Shown: positions 36,955 through 48,432, numbered from the stretch's first letter. The stretch: DNA of 64,000 nt from Desulfatiglandales bacterium (GCA_963667015.2 CAXXJJ010000001.1:1024001-1088000), one strand, 5' to 3'. Numbers and translations: made by a program. Notes: generated from the sequence alone by a model not told the origin.

Positions 36955-38136
36955 TTATTTAAATTTTTGAATTGCCCTGCCAAAGCCCGGCATTGAGTTT
37001 ATAATGGTTTCATCGGAAACACAATAGGCAATCCTGAAATATCCCGGTCCTCCGCACCCGCTTCCCGGAACCGTGAGGATATTTTCATCCTTGAGGATCG
37101 AAACAAATGCTATATCGTCTTCTATAGGACTTTTAGGGAATAGGTAGAATGAGCCCTGGGGTTTAAAAAAATCATAGCCCAGTGAAGCGAGACCCTCGCA
37201 CAGTATATCTCTTTTTTTCTCGTATATACTGACATCTATACTCACACGCAGAAGGCCGTTTACAGCCCTCTGCATCAGGGCAGGGGCATTTACAAACCCG
37301 AGAATCCTGTTGGATAAAACCATCCCTGCCGCAACAATACTCCTGTCATCCATTTCAGGATTGAGAGCTGCATAACCGATCCTTTCACCGGGGAGAGAGA
37401 GATCCTTTGAAAATGAGGTTGCAATAAAGCTATCCCTGTATGCGTCGAATATGCTGGGGACAACAATACCATCAAAAACGATCTTTTTATATGGTTCATC
37501 GGAAACAAGATATATGGGATCTTCCCTATCTTTACTATACTCTGTCAGGAGTTCTGCAAGACTGGCAAGCTCTGCACTGGAAAAGATTTTACCCGTTGGG
37601 TTATTCGGGGAATTAATCAGTACTGCCTTTGTCTTTTCCGTAATGGCCTCTTTTATAATATCCATATTCAGGGAAAAATCAGGATTGCTGGGCACAAATT
37701 TGGGCACACCCTGGTGGTTGTCTATATAGAATCTGTATTCCATGAAGCATGGGCCCGGTATAATTACCTCATCACCGGGATCAAGGATTGTTTTAAGGAT
37801 TACGTTCAGGGCTCCGCCTGCTCCGACGGTCATTACAATATCATCGGGAGAAAATGACATCCTGTTGTTTTCTGTAAGATAATCGGCAACAGCCTCTCTG
37901 GTATCAACATACCCTGCATTTGGCATATAACAATGCTGCCCATTGCATGTGTCATTTACAAGGTCTTTTAGTATTTGCTTGAATTCGATCGGGGGCTCAA
38001 GGTTTGGGTTTCCAATGCTGAAATCAAAGACGTTTTCTTCACCATAAATGGCTTTTCTATTGGCGCCTTCTTCAAACATTTTCCTGATCCAGGAAGCCTG
38101 TTTGATAGCGGTTTGTATTTTTTTTGAAGCAGACAT
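36955..38136 (-). CDS. PLP-dependent aminotransferase class I (aspartate aminotransferase-like)
   Basis: SWIRKMFEEG, INSPNNPTG, SDEPY, SFSKDLSLPGERIGY; likely start MSASKK at 38136 after AAAGGAG. Confidence 0.92.
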   Translation of the reverse strand: MSASKKIQTAIKQASWIRKMFEEGANRKAIYGEENVFDFSIGNPNLEPPIEFKQILKDLVNDTCNGQHCYMPNAGYVDTREAVADYLTENNRMSFSPDDIVMTVGAGGALNVILKTILDPGDEVIIPGPCFMEYRFYIDNHQGVPKFVPSNPDFSLNMDIIKEAITEKTKAVLINSPNNPTGKIFSSAELASLAELLTEYSKDREDPIYLVSDEPYKKIVFDGIVVPSIFDAYRDSFIATSFSKDLSLPGERIGYAALNPEMDDRSIVAAGMVLSNRILGFVNAPALMQRAVNGLLRVSIDVSIYEKKRDILCEGLASLGYDFFKPQGSFYLFPKSPIEDDIAFVSILKDENILTVPGSGCGGPGYFRIAYCVSDETIINSMPGFGRAIQKFK

Positions 38137-38438
38137 GAATATCTCCTTTCGGTCCGGATTTTGCTGCAAATACAGCGGAAACATAAATAACAGACAGTGG
38201 CAATATTTAAATCCGGCATTTGCAAGTTGACCAAAATAATTTGTTTTTTATGTTTTGTAAAGCATTCAATGAGATTCTTAAATAAATACTTATATTTATA
38301 GGAATTAAGTTTTATACCGCAAACAATCCTCATATTTTTTTAAACCGAATGAATAAAAATACAATAATTAATTAGACTATTTAATTGACATAAAGCACAT
38401 GGCGAAATTATGCTGTTAACGAAAATATAACCGAGGTA

Positions 38439-39518
38439 GTGACTTTGACAGAAGCTATTAAGAAAAGAAGAAAGAGCCGGAAGGTATTTCTTGGCGGGTT
38501 TCCCATAGGCGGAGACGCCCCGGTGTCGGTCCAGTCAATGACAAATACCGATACCAGGGATGTCGGGGCTACAACAAAACAGGTCAATGACCTGAAAAAC
38601 GCCGGCTGTGAAATAGTAAGGATCGCCATACCGGATGAAGAGGCAGCAGCAGCATTTGCGAAGATAAAAGATAATGTGGATATCCCCCTTATAGCCGACA
38701 TACACTTTGACTACCGCCTGGCCATTGCTGCCATAAAAGGCGGTGCCGACGGTATAAGAATAAATCCCGGGAATATAGGAAGCAGGGAAGGGATTCAAAA
38801 GATCCTTGATGTCGCAGGGGAGAAAAACACATGCATAAGAATCGGGGTCAACAGCGGCTCTGTTTCAAAACACCTTCTTGAAAAATACGGGCATCCTACA
38901 CCTGAGGCCATGGTCGAAAGCGCACTTGAACATATTGCCCTGTTTGAGGAGTTTGGTTACCGGAATATAAAGATATCATTAAAATCCTCAAACGTTCTGC
39001 ACAGTATCAGGGCCTATGAAATGCTTGCCGAACGAACAGATTATCCATTTCACCTTGGAATAACCGAGGCAGGGACACTGATTTCCGGTACTGTCAAAAA
39101 CTCTATAGGTATAGGTACTCTGCTCTTAAACGGAATTGGTGATACCATGCGTGTATCTCTCTCAAGAGATCCCGTGGAAGAGATCAAGGTGGCCTATGAG
39201 ATACTCAGGGCGCTTGATCTCAGACACAGGGGGCCGGAAATTATTTCATGCCCCACCTGCGGAAGGTGTGAAATAGATCTTTTCAGTATAATTGAGCAGG
39301 TTGAAAGAGAACTGGTTGATATTATAACCCCGATAAAGGTTGCTATTATGGGATGTGTGGTAAATGGCCCCGGTGAGGCAAAGGAGGCTGATATTGGAGT
39401 GGCCGGAGCCCGCGGCAAAGGAGTCCTGTTTAAAAAAGGAGAGGTGGTAAAAAAACTACCCGAAGATAAACTGGCAGAGGTGCTGATCATGGAAGTCAGA
39501 AGACTTGTTGAATGTTGA
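38439..39518 (+). CDS. ispG: (E)-4-hydroxy-3-methylbut-2-enyl diphosphate synthase
   Basis: VQSMTNT, ADIHF, RINPGN, RIGVNSGS, SCPTCGR, MGCVVNGPGE. Confidence 0.97.
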   Translation: MTLTEAIKKRRKSRKVFLGGFPIGGDAPVSVQSMTNTDTRDVGATTKQVNDLKNAGCEIVRIAIPDEEAAAAFAKIKDNVDIPLIADIHFDYRLAIAAIKGGADGIRINPGNIGSREGIQKILDVAGEKNTCIRIGVNSGSVSKHLLEKYGHPTPEAMVESALEHIALFEEFGYRNIKISLKSSNVLHSIRAYEMLAERTDYPFHLGITEAGTLISGTVKNSIGIGTLLLNGIGDTMRVSLSRDPVEEIKVAYEILRALDLRHRGPEIISCPTCGRCEIDLFSIIEQVERELVDIITPIKVAIMGCVVNGPGEAKEADIGVAGARGKGVLFKKGEVVKKLPEDKLAEVLIMEVRRLVEC

Positions 39519-39551
39519 AGATATACCGGCAGCGCCAGAGGATAAAATGAG

Positions 39552-41693
39552 ATGATTAGACTCAATGATATTACATCCAAGCTCCTAAGCTATAACCCGA
39601 AGGCCGATGTCAGCCTTGTGGAAAAGGCATATGTATATTCCGCCAAGGTTCATCAGGGGCAGGTAAGGCTTTCAGGGGTGCCCTATCTTTCTCATCCCCT
39701 TGAGGTTGCCTATATACTTACCGAGATGAAGATGGATGTAGTAAGCATTGTTGCAGGTCTGCTACATGACACCATTGAAGATACCGATGCAGAACTCAAT
39801 GAAATTGAAAGATTGTTCGGCATTGAGGCTGCCAACATTGTTGACGGCGTAACCAAGATAAGCAAGATACAATTCAGCAGTACCGAAGAGCGGCAGGCTG
39901 AAAATTTCAGAAAGATGATCCTAGCCATGACAACCGATATCAGGGTTATCATGGTGAAACTTGCTGACAGGCTTCATAATATGAGGACGCTCGGGTTTCA
40001 TACCAGTGAAAAACGTGCCAGGATTGCAAAGGAAACTCTTGATATCTATGCGCCTCTGGCTGGAAGGATGGGTATCTACTGGCTCAAGTCCAGTTTTGAA
40101 GATCTCTGCCTCTATTACCTTGAACCCGAAATATATAAACAGATCCATGCCGGTATTGCCGAAAGGCGGGGTGCCAGAGAAACATTTATTGAAGAAGTAA
40201 AGGTGCTGATTAGTCAAAAGGTGAAAGAGTACGGTGTTGAAGCCACTATAAAGGGGCGTCATAAGCATTTTTTCAGTATTTATCAGAAAATGAAAGACCA
40301 GAACCTCAGTGTTGACCAGGTTTATGATGTTGTGGCCTTCAGGGTCATCGTAAATACCCTGAAGGAATGTTATGAGGTCTTAGGCCTGATCCATTCAACC
40401 TGGAAGCCAATACCGGGAAGGTTCAAGGATTATATCTCTCTGCCAAAGGCAAATATGTATCAGTCTCTCCATACCACTGTTATAGGTCCGTATGCTCATC
40501 GCATGGAAGTGCAGATCAGGACCTGGGAGATGGACAAGGTCGCGGAAGAGGGGATTGCCGCCCACTGGAAATATAAAGAAGGCGTCAAGGGGGGCGGGAC
40601 TGATCAGAAACAGTTCGCATGGCTGAGGCAGCTTCTTGAGTGGCAGAAGAATCTTCATGATCCGAAGGAGTTTATGGAAATGGTCCAGATGGACCTTTTT
40701 CCGGATGAGGTATATGTCTTTACACCCAAAGGGGAGGTAAAGGAGTTTCCAAAGGGTGCAACACCCGTTGACTTTGCATACAGCATACACTCTGAAATTG
40801 GTGAGAAATGCTCCGGGGCCAGGGTAAACAGCAGAATGGTTCCTTTAAGGTACCTGTTAAAGAATGGCGATATAATAGAGATAATAACATCAAGCAGGCA
40901 GCATCCCCGCAAAGACTGGCTGGATTTTGTAAAGACCACAAAAGCCAAATCGAGAATAAGGCAGTGGATAAAAAAAGAAGAGAGGGATGAGAGTATTATA
41001 ATCGGGAAAAATATCCTCGAAAAATCCCTTGAGCATTCACAGCTCAATATCCAGAACATTACAAAAAATCAGCAGCTGGATGCCGTGGCAAAGGATCTGT
41101 CTTTACAGAGTATTGAGGATCTGTTTGCCAATATAGGCTATGGAAAGATATCCTCCAGTCAGGTGCTTAACAGGTTAAGGCCCAAACTGGGTATTGAAAG
41201 AGAACAGCCAGGCAATATTGTACGTAAAGTAGTTTCAAGGATTACCCGGAAAAAGAGCAGCAAGGGTATAACGGTCAAGGGTGTGGATGATATGCTGGTA
41301 AGGTTTGCAAACTGCTGTCATCCTCTGCCGGGAGAACATGTGCTGGGGTTTATTACCAGGGGACGCGGTGTAACAATACATAAATACAACTGCAGCCATA
41401 TCCTTGATTCAGATCCGGAAAGACTTGTAGAAGTGCAGTGGGATCCCGCGAATGAAGATGTATATCTGACCAGAATCAAGGTGACCTCTGTTGACAGGAA
41501 GGGGATTCTCGCTGACGTAAGTGCAATAATGGCAAAAAAGGGCGCCAATATCATTAACGCAGAAGTAAAGACAACAATGGATAAAAAAGGCGTTTCCTTT
41601 TTTACGATAGAGGTCGAAAGTTACAGGCAGCTTGAGGAAATTACGGGAGCGATAAAAAAGGTCGAAAATGTTTTAATCGTTGAAAGGGTATAA
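39552..41693 (+). CDS. rel: Bifunctional (p)ppGpp synthetase/hydrolase (Rel/SpoT)
   Basis: HDTIED, KLADRLHNMRT, KDYI..PK.N.YQSLHT, EVQIRT, TGS, CC and ACT domains. Confidence 0.96.
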   Translation: MIRLNDITSKLLSYNPKADVSLVEKAYVYSAKVHQGQVRLSGVPYLSHPLEVAYILTEMKMDVVSIVAGLLHDTIEDTDAELNEIERLFGIEAANIVDGVTKISKIQFSSTEERQAENFRKMILAMTTDIRVIMVKLADRLHNMRTLGFHTSEKRARIAKETLDIYAPLAGRMGIYWLKSSFEDLCLYYLEPEIYKQIHAGIAERRGARETFIEEVKVLISQKVKEYGVEATIKGRHKHFFSIYQKMKDQNLSVDQVYDVVAFRVIVNTLKECYEVLGLIHSTWKPIPGRFKDYISLPKANMYQSLHTTVIGPYAHRMEVQIRTWEMDKVAEEGIAAHWKYKEGVKGGGTDQKQFAWLRQLLEWQKNLHDPKEFMEMVQMDLFPDEVYVFTPKGEVKEFPKGATPVDFAYSIHSEIGEKCSGARVNSRMVPLRYLLKNGDIIEIITSSRQHPRKDWLDFVKTTKAKSRIRQWIKKEERDESIIIGKNILEKSLEHSQLNIQNITKNQQLDAVAKDLSLQSIEDLFANIGYGKISSSQVLNRLRPKLGIEREQPGNIVRKVVSRITRKKSSKGITVKGVDDMLVRFANCCHPLPGEHVLGFITRGRGVTIHKYNCSHILDSDPERLVEVQWDPANEDVYLTRIKVTSVDRKGILADVSAIMAKKGANIINAEVKTTMDKKGVSFFTIEVESYRQLEEITGAIKKVENVLIVERV

Positions 41694-41768
41694 ATTTCAG
41701 ACCGCTCCCTTTTCCTTTAATCGTTAAATGGCTAAACTATTCAGTATATTAAGAGCTTTGTACGGCTG

Positions 41769-41957
41769 CTAGTATTTGGTTGCCAGTCCCGAGCGCAGGC
41801 ATCCTGTACAGACCTTGACTCTTTTTGTCTGGCCATTCTGAATGGTTTTTACCTTCTGCAGGTTGGGGTACCAGACCTTTTTTGTCTTGTTGTGAGCATG
41901 ACTTACACTATATCCAACCTGCGGACCTTTTCCGCAAATATCGCAAACTTTTGACAT
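41769..41957 (-). CDS. rpmB: 50S ribosomal protein L28 (Zn-binding form)
   Basis: [22 protein letters not shown]...CTGC. Confidence 0.97.
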   Translation of the reverse strand: MSKVCDICGKGPQVGYSVSHAHNKTKKVWYPNLQKVKTIQNGQTKRVKVCTGCLRSGLATKY

Positions 41958-42028
41958 TTTTTAACTCCTGATATTAAATATGAACCAGTAAACATAGATA
42001 ATAATTTTAAAAAAGGCAATATATTTTT

Positions 42029-43510
42029 ATGGAATTACAAAAAAACACTCAGCAGCCAGTCAATATGCTGGAAAAAGAGCTGAATACAGTTCCCGGTAAA
42101 CTTGAGAATATTCACCTGATGGGTATATGCGGCACGGCAATGGCCTCCCTTGCAGGAATTTTGAAGAATAAGGGCTATCATGTAACAGGATCCGATCAAA
42201 ATGTTTATCCGCCAATGAGTATTATGCTGGAGGATATGGGCATAGAAATTAAAAAGGGCTATTCAGGGGATAACCTTGAACCGCGGCCTGATCTGGTTAT
42301 CGTTGGAAACGTTATCACAAGGATTAATCCCGAAGCCGTCCGTTTGTCAGAATTGAAAATACACTACCTTTCATTGCCCCAGGCACTCAGATATTTTGCC
42401 ATTGAGGATAAAAAGTCGGTTGTTATAGCCGGCACTCATGGAAAGAGCACAACCTCGGCCATCTGCTCCTGGCTGCTCGAACAGACCGGTATGGAACCGG
42501 GTTACATGGTAGGCGGAATACTCAATAATTTTAAAAGCAGTTTCAAACTTGGCAAAGGGGATTACTTTGTTATTGAAGGTGATGAATATGACACAGCCTT
42601 TTTTGACAAGGGGCCAAAATTTTTACACTATGCGCCCTTTATTGCAATTCTTACCAGCATCGAATTTGACCATGCCGATATCTACCGCGATCTTGACCAT
42701 GTAATTTCGAGTTTCAGAAAACTTGTCGCTATTATGCCTCCGGAAGGATTAATTATAGCAAACAGTGATGATCCAATAGTTATGGAGGAAGCCCAAAAGG
42801 CCGGATGCCGGGTGATAACATACGGATTTAATGATAATGCAGCATGGCGGGCTGTGGATATACGGGATGAAAAGGATGGCACATTTGTCAGGATAATGCG
42901 TGATGGAGAGGAGTATGTCTCATTTTTCAGCCCGCTCTACGGGCGGCATAATATTTCCAATATCCTGTCAACAGTTGCCTTATCCAGTTTTATCGGAATC
43001 CCGGCCGAAAAGATTCCTGCAGCAATCGGATCATTTAAGGGAGTTAAAAGAAGACAGGAGATAAGAGGGGAGGAAAATAACATCCTGGTGCTTGATGACT
43101 TTGCCCATCATCCAACGGCAGTGGAAAAGACCATAGAAGCCGTAAAGGGAAAATATGATGACAGGCGCCTTGTCGCGGTATTTGAGCCCAGATCAAATTC
43201 GAGCCGCAGAGGAATTTTTCAGGACCGGTACAGCCGGGCATTTGATTCAGCCGATCTTGTGTTTATTCCCGAACCGCCCATGATGGAAAAGGTGCCTGCT
43301 GATGACCGCTTTTCCTCCGAAGGCCTGGTGGAGGAGTTGAAGGAGAGGGGTATTAATGCCTTTTATGGTAAAACCACTGAAAGGCTGCTTGAGCTGCTTC
43401 TGGCAAATGTCCTTGCCGGGGATGTTGTACTTATAATGTCAAATGGAGCCTTTGATAATATTCACGAAAAACTCCTTAAAAAAATAAGGAATAATCCGGG
43501 AACAAAATAA
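42029..43510 (+). CDS. mpl: Murein peptide ligase Mpl
   Basis: IHLMGICGTAMASLA, GSDQNVYPPMS, GTHGKSTT, EGDEYDTAFFDK, DDFAHHPTA, EPRSNS, MSNG.F. Confidence 0.93.
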   Translation: MELQKNTQQPVNMLEKELNTVPGKLENIHLMGICGTAMASLAGILKNKGYHVTGSDQNVYPPMSIMLEDMGIEIKKGYSGDNLEPRPDLVIVGNVITRINPEAVRLSELKIHYLSLPQALRYFAIEDKKSVVIAGTHGKSTTSAICSWLLEQTGMEPGYMVGGILNNFKSSFKLGKGDYFVIEGDEYDTAFFDKGPKFLHYAPFIAILTSIEFDHADIYRDLDHVISSFRKLVAIMPPEGLIIANSDDPIVMEEAQKAGCRVITYGFNDNAAWRAVDIRDEKDGTFVRIMRDGEEYVSFFSPLYGRHNISNILSTVALSSFIGIPAEKIPAAIGSFKGVKRRQEIRGEENNILVLDDFAHHPTAVEKTIEAVKGKYDDRRLVAVFEPRSNSSRRGIFQDRYSRAFDSADLVFIPEPPMMEKVPADDRFSSEGLVEELKERGINAFYGKTTERLLELLLANVLAGDVVLIMSNGAFDNIHEKLLKKIRNNPGTK

Positions 43511-43595
43511 GTTTTTTTCTGTCTAAATAAATTCCATCGGAATCAATCAAGGATATTTTTGTAATTTTATTAAAATCACCGGTAAGGAGAGTGTC

Positions 43596-44531
43596 ATGAT
43601 CAATGCTGAAGGGTTGACTAAGTTTTACGGAACACAGTGTGCCGTAGATCATATTGACCTTGATATTCGAAAAGGAGAAATTGTCGGGCTGCTCGGTCCC
43701 AATGGCGCTGGAAAAACCACCACCCTCAGGATGCTTACAGGCTACCTGAGGCCTTCTTCGGGGAATATCAGGATCAAAGACTATAACATCAATGATAATC
43801 CGCTTGAGATAAAAAAGCTCATGGGATACCTGCCTGAATCAGCTCCGCTGTACAATGAAATGCTTGCATATGACTATCTTAAATATGTGGCAGAAATAAG
43901 AAACATAGAAAAAGGCCGGGTTGAGTCAAGGTTAAAAGAGGTTGCTGATCTCTGCGGTATCAATGAGGCCATGCATAAACCCATCAACACCCTGTCCAAG
44001 GGATACAAGCAAAGGGTAGGGCTCGCGCATGCCATGATGGATGACCCTGAGATACTTATACTGGATGAGCCGACCTCAGGGCTTGACCCCAACCAGATCG
44101 TTGAAATAAGGGATATCATAAGAGAGATAGGGAAGGAAAAAACAGTAATACTTTCAACTCACATACTCAGTGAGGCTGAGGCCACCTGTGACCGGATCAT
44201 TATTATTAACAGGGGTAAAATTGCCGCAGATCAGACCATAGATGAGCTCAGGGAGAGCATGGGCAGGGAATTTCTCATCAATATAGCGCTCAAATATGCC
44301 TCTTCGGATGATGTAAGAAAGGAACTGGAATCAATTGAGGGCGTTGAGGAGATTAATGAAGGCAGAGATGATGCCGGTATTACAAAGGTGACTATCCGGT
44401 GCGGTTCGGACATTGATCCCAGCGAAGAGATATATAAAAGGATCAAGCAGCATGACTGGGTTATTATTGAATTGCATCATGAAATACAGACCCTTGAAAA
44501 AGTATTCAGAGACATAACCAGGGAGAACTGA
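43596..44531 (+). CDS. ABC transporter ATP-binding subunit (GldA-like)
   Basis: GPNGAGKTT, LSKGYKQRVG, DEPTSGLDPNQ. Confidence 0.92.
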   Translation: MINAEGLTKFYGTQCAVDHIDLDIRKGEIVGLLGPNGAGKTTTLRMLTGYLRPSSGNIRIKDYNINDNPLEIKKLMGYLPESAPLYNEMLAYDYLKYVAEIRNIEKGRVESRLKEVADLCGINEAMHKPINTLSKGYKQRVGLAHAMMDDPEILILDEPTSGLDPNQIVEIRDIIREIGKEKTVILSTHILSEAEATCDRIIIINRGKIAADQTIDELRESMGREFLINIALKYASSDDVRKELESIEGVEEINEGRDDAGITKVTIRCGSDIDPSEEIYKRIKQHDWVIIELHHEIQTLEKVFRDITREN

Positions 44532-44532
44532 T

Positions 44533-45237
44533 ATGAGTCAATGCTACAATATTTTTAAAAAAGAGTTTAAGGCCTACTTTGTTTCACCCATAGCCTATAT
44601 AGTGATTTCCGTTTTCCTCCTTGTGACAGGGTGGTTTTTTTTCTCAACCTTTTTTATCTATAATCAGGCGGATATGAGAGGCTTTTTCACCCTTCTACCC
44701 TTTGTATTTGCCTTTATTGTCCCGGCAGTTACCATGCACCTCTTTTCGGAAGAATTAAGCGTGGGCTCCTATGAAATACTTCTTACAATGCCTGTTACAT
44801 ATCTGGATGTGGTGCTCGGGAAGTTTATGGCTGCGTTTGTTTTCATAGCAGCAATGCTGCTTCCAACCCTGTCCTATCCGATATTCATATCATTTATCGG
44901 GCAGCTTGACTGGGGCCCGGTAATTGGAGGGTATACAGGGGCAATGCTTCTGGGGGCTACCTTTTCGGCCGTGGGACTGTTCTCCTCATCCCTTTCCAGG
45001 AACCAGATTATTTCCTTTATAATAGGCATGGCAATTTGTTTTGCACTCACACTGCTTGAACGGATGCTCTTTTTTGTGCCGGTCGATGTTGTTACTATCC
45101 TGGAATACCTGGGTGCAAATTATCATTTTCAGAATGTAGCCAAAGGGATAATCGATTCCAGAGATATTCTCTATTTTGTCAGCATGAGCTTTATCGGCCT
45201 CTATGGTGCTAACCTGGTAATACAGAGAAAGAATTAA
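44533..45237 (+). CDS. ABC-2 permease (GldF-like)
   Basis: KE...YF.SPIAY, SEE...G..E.LLT.P, VLGKF, NQI, G.ID.RD..YF. Confidence 0.9.
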   Translation: MSQCYNIFKKEFKAYFVSPIAYIVISVFLLVTGWFFFSTFFIYNQADMRGFFTLLPFVFAFIVPAVTMHLFSEELSVGSYEILLTMPVTYLDVVLGKFMAAFVFIAAMLLPTLSYPIFISFIGQLDWGPVIGGYTGAMLLGATFSAVGLFSSSLSRNQIISFIIGMAICFALTLLERMLFFVPVDVVTILEYLGANYHFQNVAKGIIDSRDILYFVSMSFIGLYGANLVIQRKN

Positions 45238-45248
45238 GGAGGATATCC

Positions 45249-47441
45249 ATGAAATCGAATGAACGGTCAGGCGATCTTGTTAAGTTTTTTATCTATGTTA
45301 TTGTCGTAATCCTTATAAATATAGCCGGATTTACTCTTTTTTTCAGGGCAGACCTGACTTCGGATCGGGTTTACTCTCTTTCGGATGTCAGTAAAAAGGT
45401 TGTGTCAACGCTTGAAGAGCCTCTTACTGTTTACGTGTTTTTTACTAAAAATCTGCCGGCGCCCTATAACAGTGTGGAAAAGTATCTTCATGATCTTCTT
45501 GAGGAGTATGCCCTGTCAGGCAACCGGTATTTCAATTATAAATTCTATGATGTAAGTTCTCAGGAGGGGTTTCCGGATGAGGAGATCAGGAAGAATCAGG
45601 AGCTTGCCGACAGCTTCGGGATTCGTCCCGTGCAGATTCAGGTTCTTGATCAGGATGAATTTAAATTCAAGATGGCATACATGGGGGTTGCAGTCATTCA
45701 CGGTGATATGATCGAAAGGATCCCTGCTATTTCATCTGCTGACAGGCTTGAATATCAGCTTACCACATCCATCCAGAAGCTGAATAATAAGATAAGTACA
45801 TTCCAGAAACTTGAAGAGGATATCAAACTGAGGCTCTTTCTGTCGTCATCCTTTGAAGATATTGCGCCATTCATGGGGATTGAGGGCTTTTCTCAGATTC
45901 CTGACGAGATTCGGGAGATAGTTGAAAAGTTGAATAAGAAAAGTTTCAACCGGCTTGATTATAAGATGCTTGATCCGGCAAAGGATACCTCTCTTGCCGA
46001 TCAGGTGAAAAAATATGATGTTACGACCATGCAGTGGCCGGCCGTACCGGAAAAATCCATTGAACCCGGGCAGGGGTCAATAGGTTTCATTGTTGAGTAT
46101 AAGGGGAAAGTGCTTGAGGTCCCCCTGCTTCAAAGGCTTCAGATTCCCATTCTGGGCGCCCAGCAGGGGAATACTATATATCAGCTTGTAGACATGGAAA
46201 CTGTTGAAGAGGTGCTGCAGAAGAGTATCGAATCACTCATTGATATTAATGAAAACCTCGGGTATCTGGCTGACCACGGCTGTATAAACCTGTGGGGCAG
46301 GGACTATGATATTCCCGGAATGCCCAGCCAGGGGAGTGTATCGAATTTCAATGGACTGGCTTCAGGATCATATTCCATTAAAGAGGTTCGGCTGAACGAC
46401 AGGGACCTTCTTGACGGCCTCAACTGCCTTCTGATTGCGAATCCGACACAGCCTTTTAACGATTATGAATTGTTCCAGATCGATCAGTTTTTAATGAAGG
46501 GAAAAAGCATTGCCTTTTTTCTTGATTCATTTGAAGAGGTTCAGTCACAGAGAGGCGGCTCGCAGTTTAAACCGATCGATACCGGCCTTGAGAAATTACT
46601 TAACTACTGGGGAATAGATGTTAAGAAGTCCATAGTGCTTGATCAGGATTGTTATAAGGCACAGCTTTCCGAAGATTATGGCGGTGGTGAACAACCTTTG
46701 TACTATGTTCCGCAGATCAGGGATGAGCTTATAAACAAGGATCTTCCATTCATGAAAAATATCAGGGGACTGCTTGTTCAGAAAAGTTCACCGGTTGTAC
46801 CTGATGAAGCCCGGATTAAGGAAAACGGGCTGACTGTTTATAAACTTTTTTCATCTTCTGAAAAATCCTGGGAAATGAACGAGCCTGTCAATCTGAATCC
46901 CATGATGATGCAGCCGCCCGGACCCGAGGCAATGATGACGAGTATTCCACTGGCATATACCGTGGAAGGGGCATTTCCAAGCTATTTTGCAGATAAACCG
47001 GTTCCTCAGGCGGTAATGAATGAGGATGAAAAAACTGATGAAGAGGGAAAAGAAGATATAGAAAAAGAGAGGCCTGTTATTGCTGTTGATCAGATCAGGG
47101 CTGAAGACAAAAAGATCGACAGGGGTATGCCCGGAAAAATATTCGTTATAGGAACCTCCGATGTATTGAAGAATTCTTTAATAAGTCCGGCAGGAACTAA
47201 CATTAATGCAGTTTTTATCATGAACCTGATTGATTATCTGAACGGCCGGGAGGATACAGCGGTAATGAGGGGTAAGACAGGAAACCTGAATCCTCTCAAA
47301 ATAACATCGGCAGAGGCAAAATCCGGAATAAAGTACTTTAATATTATCGGCCTGCCGGTAATAGTAGCGCTTTTCGGGCTGCTCATATGGTTTGTCCGCT
47401 ATAGAAGAAAACTGGCGATCCAGGCGATGTTTAAAAAATAA
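45249..47441 (+). CDS. GldG-family ABC auxiliary protein
   Basis: R.DLT...YSLS, LEYQLT..I, IDQFLM.G, N.IDYL, C-terminal TM. Confidence 0.88.
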   Translation: MKSNERSGDLVKFFIYVIVVILINIAGFTLFFRADLTSDRVYSLSDVSKKVVSTLEEPLTVYVFFTKNLPAPYNSVEKYLHDLLEEYALSGNRYFNYKFYDVSSQEGFPDEEIRKNQELADSFGIRPVQIQVLDQDEFKFKMAYMGVAVIHGDMIERIPAISSADRLEYQLTTSIQKLNNKISTFQKLEEDIKLRLFLSSSFEDIAPFMGIEGFSQIPDEIREIVEKLNKKSFNRLDYKMLDPAKDTSLADQVKKYDVTTMQWPAVPEKSIEPGQGSIGFIVEYKGKVLEVPLLQRLQIPILGAQQGNTIYQLVDMETVEEVLQKSIESLIDINENLGYLADHGCINLWGRDYDIPGMPSQGSVSNFNGLASGSYSIKEVRLNDRDLLDGLNCLLIANPTQPFNDYELFQIDQFLMKGKSIAFFLDSFEEVQSQRGGSQFKPIDTGLEKLLNYWGIDVKKSIVLDQDCYKAQLSEDYGGGEQPLYYVPQIRDELINKDLPFMKNIRGLLVQKSSPVVPDEARIKENGLTVYKLFSSSEKSWEMNEPVNLNPMMMQPPGPEAMMTSIPLAYTVEGAFPSYFADKPVPQAVMNEDEKTDEEGKEDIEKERPVIAVDQIRAEDKKIDRGMPGKIFVIGTSDVLKNSLISPAGTNINAVFIMNLIDYLNGREDTAVMRGKTGNLNPLKITSAEAKSGIKYFNIIGLPVIVALFGLLIWFVRYRRKLAIQAMFKK

Positions 47442-47484
47442 GGGCATATAATTTCTAATATATAGTAAATACCAGGGGTCTTAT

Positions 47485-48432
47485 ATGAAACTGAAAAAAG
47501 AATACGTTATACTCTTTTTAATTATTGCTGTTCTTGTTCTGTATATATCCTTGAGGAAGGACAGCCGAATCCAGTATGAAATTCCAGAAATAACAGAATT
47601 ATCTCAGGACAGCATATCCGGTATTGTTATCAAGGGAAGTGAAGGTGAGGTCCTGTTAGCAAAAGAAAATAATAAGTGGTTCATTGGGGCGGATAAGTAC
47701 GCGGCCGATACCTACAAGGTGGAAAAAATGATCAGTTTCCTGAAAAAACCGGTACTCATGACAGTTGTATCCGATTCAAAGGATTACATGCGCTACGGAC
47801 TGGATGATAAAACCCGGATCACTGTCACAGCCCTATCAGGGGAAAATCCGGAACGGTTAGTCGAAATCGGTTATCAGGCTGATGTGCAGAATTCTACATT
47901 TATAAAGCTTGAAAATGACCACCGGGTTTATCACGCAAGGGATGATCTCAGGGATATTTTCAGTACGAATATCGATGATATCCGGGATAAAGCGGTCCTG
48001 TCCTTTGACACTGACAAGGTGGGTTTTGTCCAGATTTCAAAAGATGGAAAGGAGTTTAATTTTAATAAAAAGGAGACATCTTCCGGAGAAGAAGATAAAG
48101 GTACTGCTTTCCAGTGGGAGGCAGGAGATGGAAAAATCGTTGATGCCACTCTCATGGATTCTCTCCTGGATGATATGCTGAAAATAAAATGTTCGGAATA
48201 CATTTATAAGGCTGAAGAGGGTGAAACTGGCAATCCAGTATATGTGATCAGGGTGAATGATGGAAATGAGCATGTTTTGACCGTCTTTCCTAAAAAAGAG
48301 GATGATTACAGGGCTGAATCGTCTGATAATCCAACGCCCTTCAGTCTCTATTCATGGAGAATCGATAATATTATCGAGAAGTTCGATAAAATGTCAGGTG
48401 AGAAGGAAATGAAGGAGCCCGAATCTGACTGA
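47485..48432 (+). CDS. DUF4340-domain protein
   Basis: N-terminal TM, YGLD, IRDKAV; typical position after gldG. Confidence 0.8.
   Translation: MKLKKEYVILFLIIAVLVLYISLRKDSRIQYEIPEITELSQDSISGIVIKGSEGEVLLAKENNKWFIGADKYAADTYKVEKMISFLKKPVLMTVVSDSKDYMRYGLDDKTRITVTALSGENPERLVEIGYQADVQNSTFIKLENDHRVYHARDDLRDIFSTNIDDIRDKAVLSFDTDKVGFVQISKDGKEFNFNKKETSSGEEDKGTAFQWEAGDGKIVDATLMDSLLDDMLKIKCSEYIYKAEEGETGNPVYVIRVNDGNEHVLTVFPKKEDDYRAESSDNPTPFSLYSWRIDNIIEKFDKMSGEKEMKEPESD

Noticed and set aside
43596..48432. Gliding motility system
   Set aside because: GldA/F/G-like ABC modules with DUF4340 are widespread in non-gliders; no other gld/spr genes here
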